A stretch of 64,000 nt of DNA from a bacterium. GTDB lineage: Bacteria > Patescibacteriota > Minisyncoccia > Phycocordibacterales > UBA5272. The stretch lies in assembly GCA_027482685.1 (NCBI GenBank), contig JAIXVU010000008.1:4652-68651 (forward strand), written 5' to 3'. The position numbers were made by a program, and so were the translations under genes. This document shows, one piece after another, positions 62,836-64,000 of this stretch. Position 1 is the stretch's first letter, and every line of letters begins with the position of its first letter. The notes under the pieces are model-generated. The model saw only the letters and a list, made by a program, of their open reading frames with translations, did no database searches and was not told the DNA's origin.

Positions 62836-62987
62836 AGATACGGCAAGTATTTCGTGAAATAATTTTATTAAAGTTTTCTTTTTAACCCTACACTTTCAAA
62901 GCACGACAATTTCTTGCTAGAAATTGTCTCTGTTCCGCGCCGTCGCGCTTCCACGCGGCTTTGAAAGGCTGGGGTTAGGTGTAGCTG
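62836..62987 (-). repeat. Structured repeat downstream of topA
   Basis: Inverted homolog of 59321..59470. Confidence 0.75.
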
Positions 62988-63167
62988 AAATACAAATGCT
63001 GTACTTTTACTTGTAACTAACTTTGCTACTAAGGAGTGTTGTGTGAACACTCATATACTTAACTTATTAATTCTCGGTAAAAGCGCTACACAACATCCTC
63101 TGTAGCGCTCTTCATTTCATTAAATAAATACTAGAAACTCTACCCTACTATATGGTATTGTTAATAG

Positions 63168-64000
63168 ATGGACACTGTAACTATTCACAACACCGACCCG
63201 AACCGTATATTTGCGCTACTTCCTGACATTGGAGACGCTGATAAGCATTTGATAACTCGTGCATGCAAATTTGCAGAAAAGGCCCATGAAGGTCAACTTC
63301 GCAAATCTGGTGAACCATATTATAACCATGTGTTTGAGACAGGGGTTAACTTAGCAATGCTTAAGATGGACGCTGATACGATTGCAGCCGGTATCATGCA
63401 TGATGTACTAGAAGATACTAATGTAACAGATGTTGAAATGTCTAAAGAGTTCGGTGAGCATATTACTAAACTTGTAGAAGGTGTGACGAAACTTGGTAAG
63501 TTACGCTATACCGGTGCTGAGCGTCACGTAGAGTCACTGCGTAAGTTCTTCGTTGCAATGGCTGATGATATACGTGTTGTTGTTATAAAACTCTGCGATA
63601 GATTACACAACATACAGACACTTCAGTATGTATCCCCTGAGAAGCAGAAACGTATCGCACTTGAAACGCTTGAGATACACGCTCGCCTCGCTGACCGCTT
63701 AGGTATGGGACGACTCAAGACCCAACTAGAAGACGCGGCCTTCCCCTATGTCTATCCAGATGATTACAAAAAGACAGTGGAACTTTTTGAAAGCATCAAG
63801 CCAATATCAGATGAACAATTAGAAAAAATAGTTACTGCGCTTGGTGAAGAACTCACTATTTTTGATGTTGAGATAGAACGTATCGACTACCGTGTAAAGC
63901 ATTTGTATTCTCTTTGGCAGAAGCTCAAACGTTATAAGATGGATATTAGCAAGGTTCACGATGTTGTTGCACTTCGTATCATCGTGCCTACAGTTGGTGA
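63168..64000 (+). CDS. RelA/SpoT family (p)ppGpp hydrolase/synthetase, partial (runs off the window)
   Basis: Manual translation gives AHEGQLRKSGEPYYNH, MHDVLEDT, IKLCDRLHN and RVKHLYS. Confidence 0.92.
   Translation, partial: MDTVTIHNTDPNRIFALLPDIGDADKHLITRACKFAEKAHEGQLRKSGEPYYNHVFETGVNLAMLKMDADTIAAGIMHDVLEDTNVTDVEMSKEFGEHITKLVEGVTKLGKLRYTGAERHVESLRKFFVAMADDIRVVVIKLCDRLHNIQTLQYVSPEKQKRIALETLEIHARLADRLGMGRLKTQLEDAAFPYVYPDDYKKTVELFESIKPISDEQLEKIVTALGEELTIFDVEIERIDYRVKHLYSLWQKLKRYKMDISKVHDVVALRIIVPTVG

Overview
Chromosomal segment of a small-genome bacterium, inferred to be Patescibacteria/CPR (Parcubacteria-like) from the short IF2, the apparently hinge-less SMC, the truncated ATP synthase delta subunit and the sigma4/HTH fusion. 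Standard code 11 fits. Housekeeping genes are rnr, smc, uppP, the atp operon (with two NUDIX genes inserted), mnmA, mltG, leuS, msrAB, rnhB, clpB, sod, an iscS-like gene, infB, rbfA, an RluA-family gene, dprA, topA and a partial RelA/SpoT gene. The window also has a Fur-family metal regulon, five tRNA genes, a ~4 kb AT-rich large-serine-recombinase island at tRNA-Leu(TAG), and several GC-rich orphan cassettes. The strongest signal is non-coding. All five tRNA genes are associated with a 150-200 nt structured 'tRNA-shadow' unit: long hairpin, CUGC-loop hairpin (absent at Tyr), an antisense copy of that tRNA's own T-arm, a shared core hairpin and a duplicate of the tRNA 3' end. The scaffold is shared, while the antisense and duplicate parts match each cognate tRNA. 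Other unexplained structure includes inverted heptamer arrays enclosing a four-helix-bundle (IVP/Avd-like) gene, a pseudoknot-like leader RNA in the island, an inverted pair of structured repeats around dprA-topA, RPE-like palindromes, a C-GNA-G triloop hairpin family, and an apparent split between leaderless core genes and Shine-Dalgarno-led orphans. All calls are by eye; no searches or folding were run.
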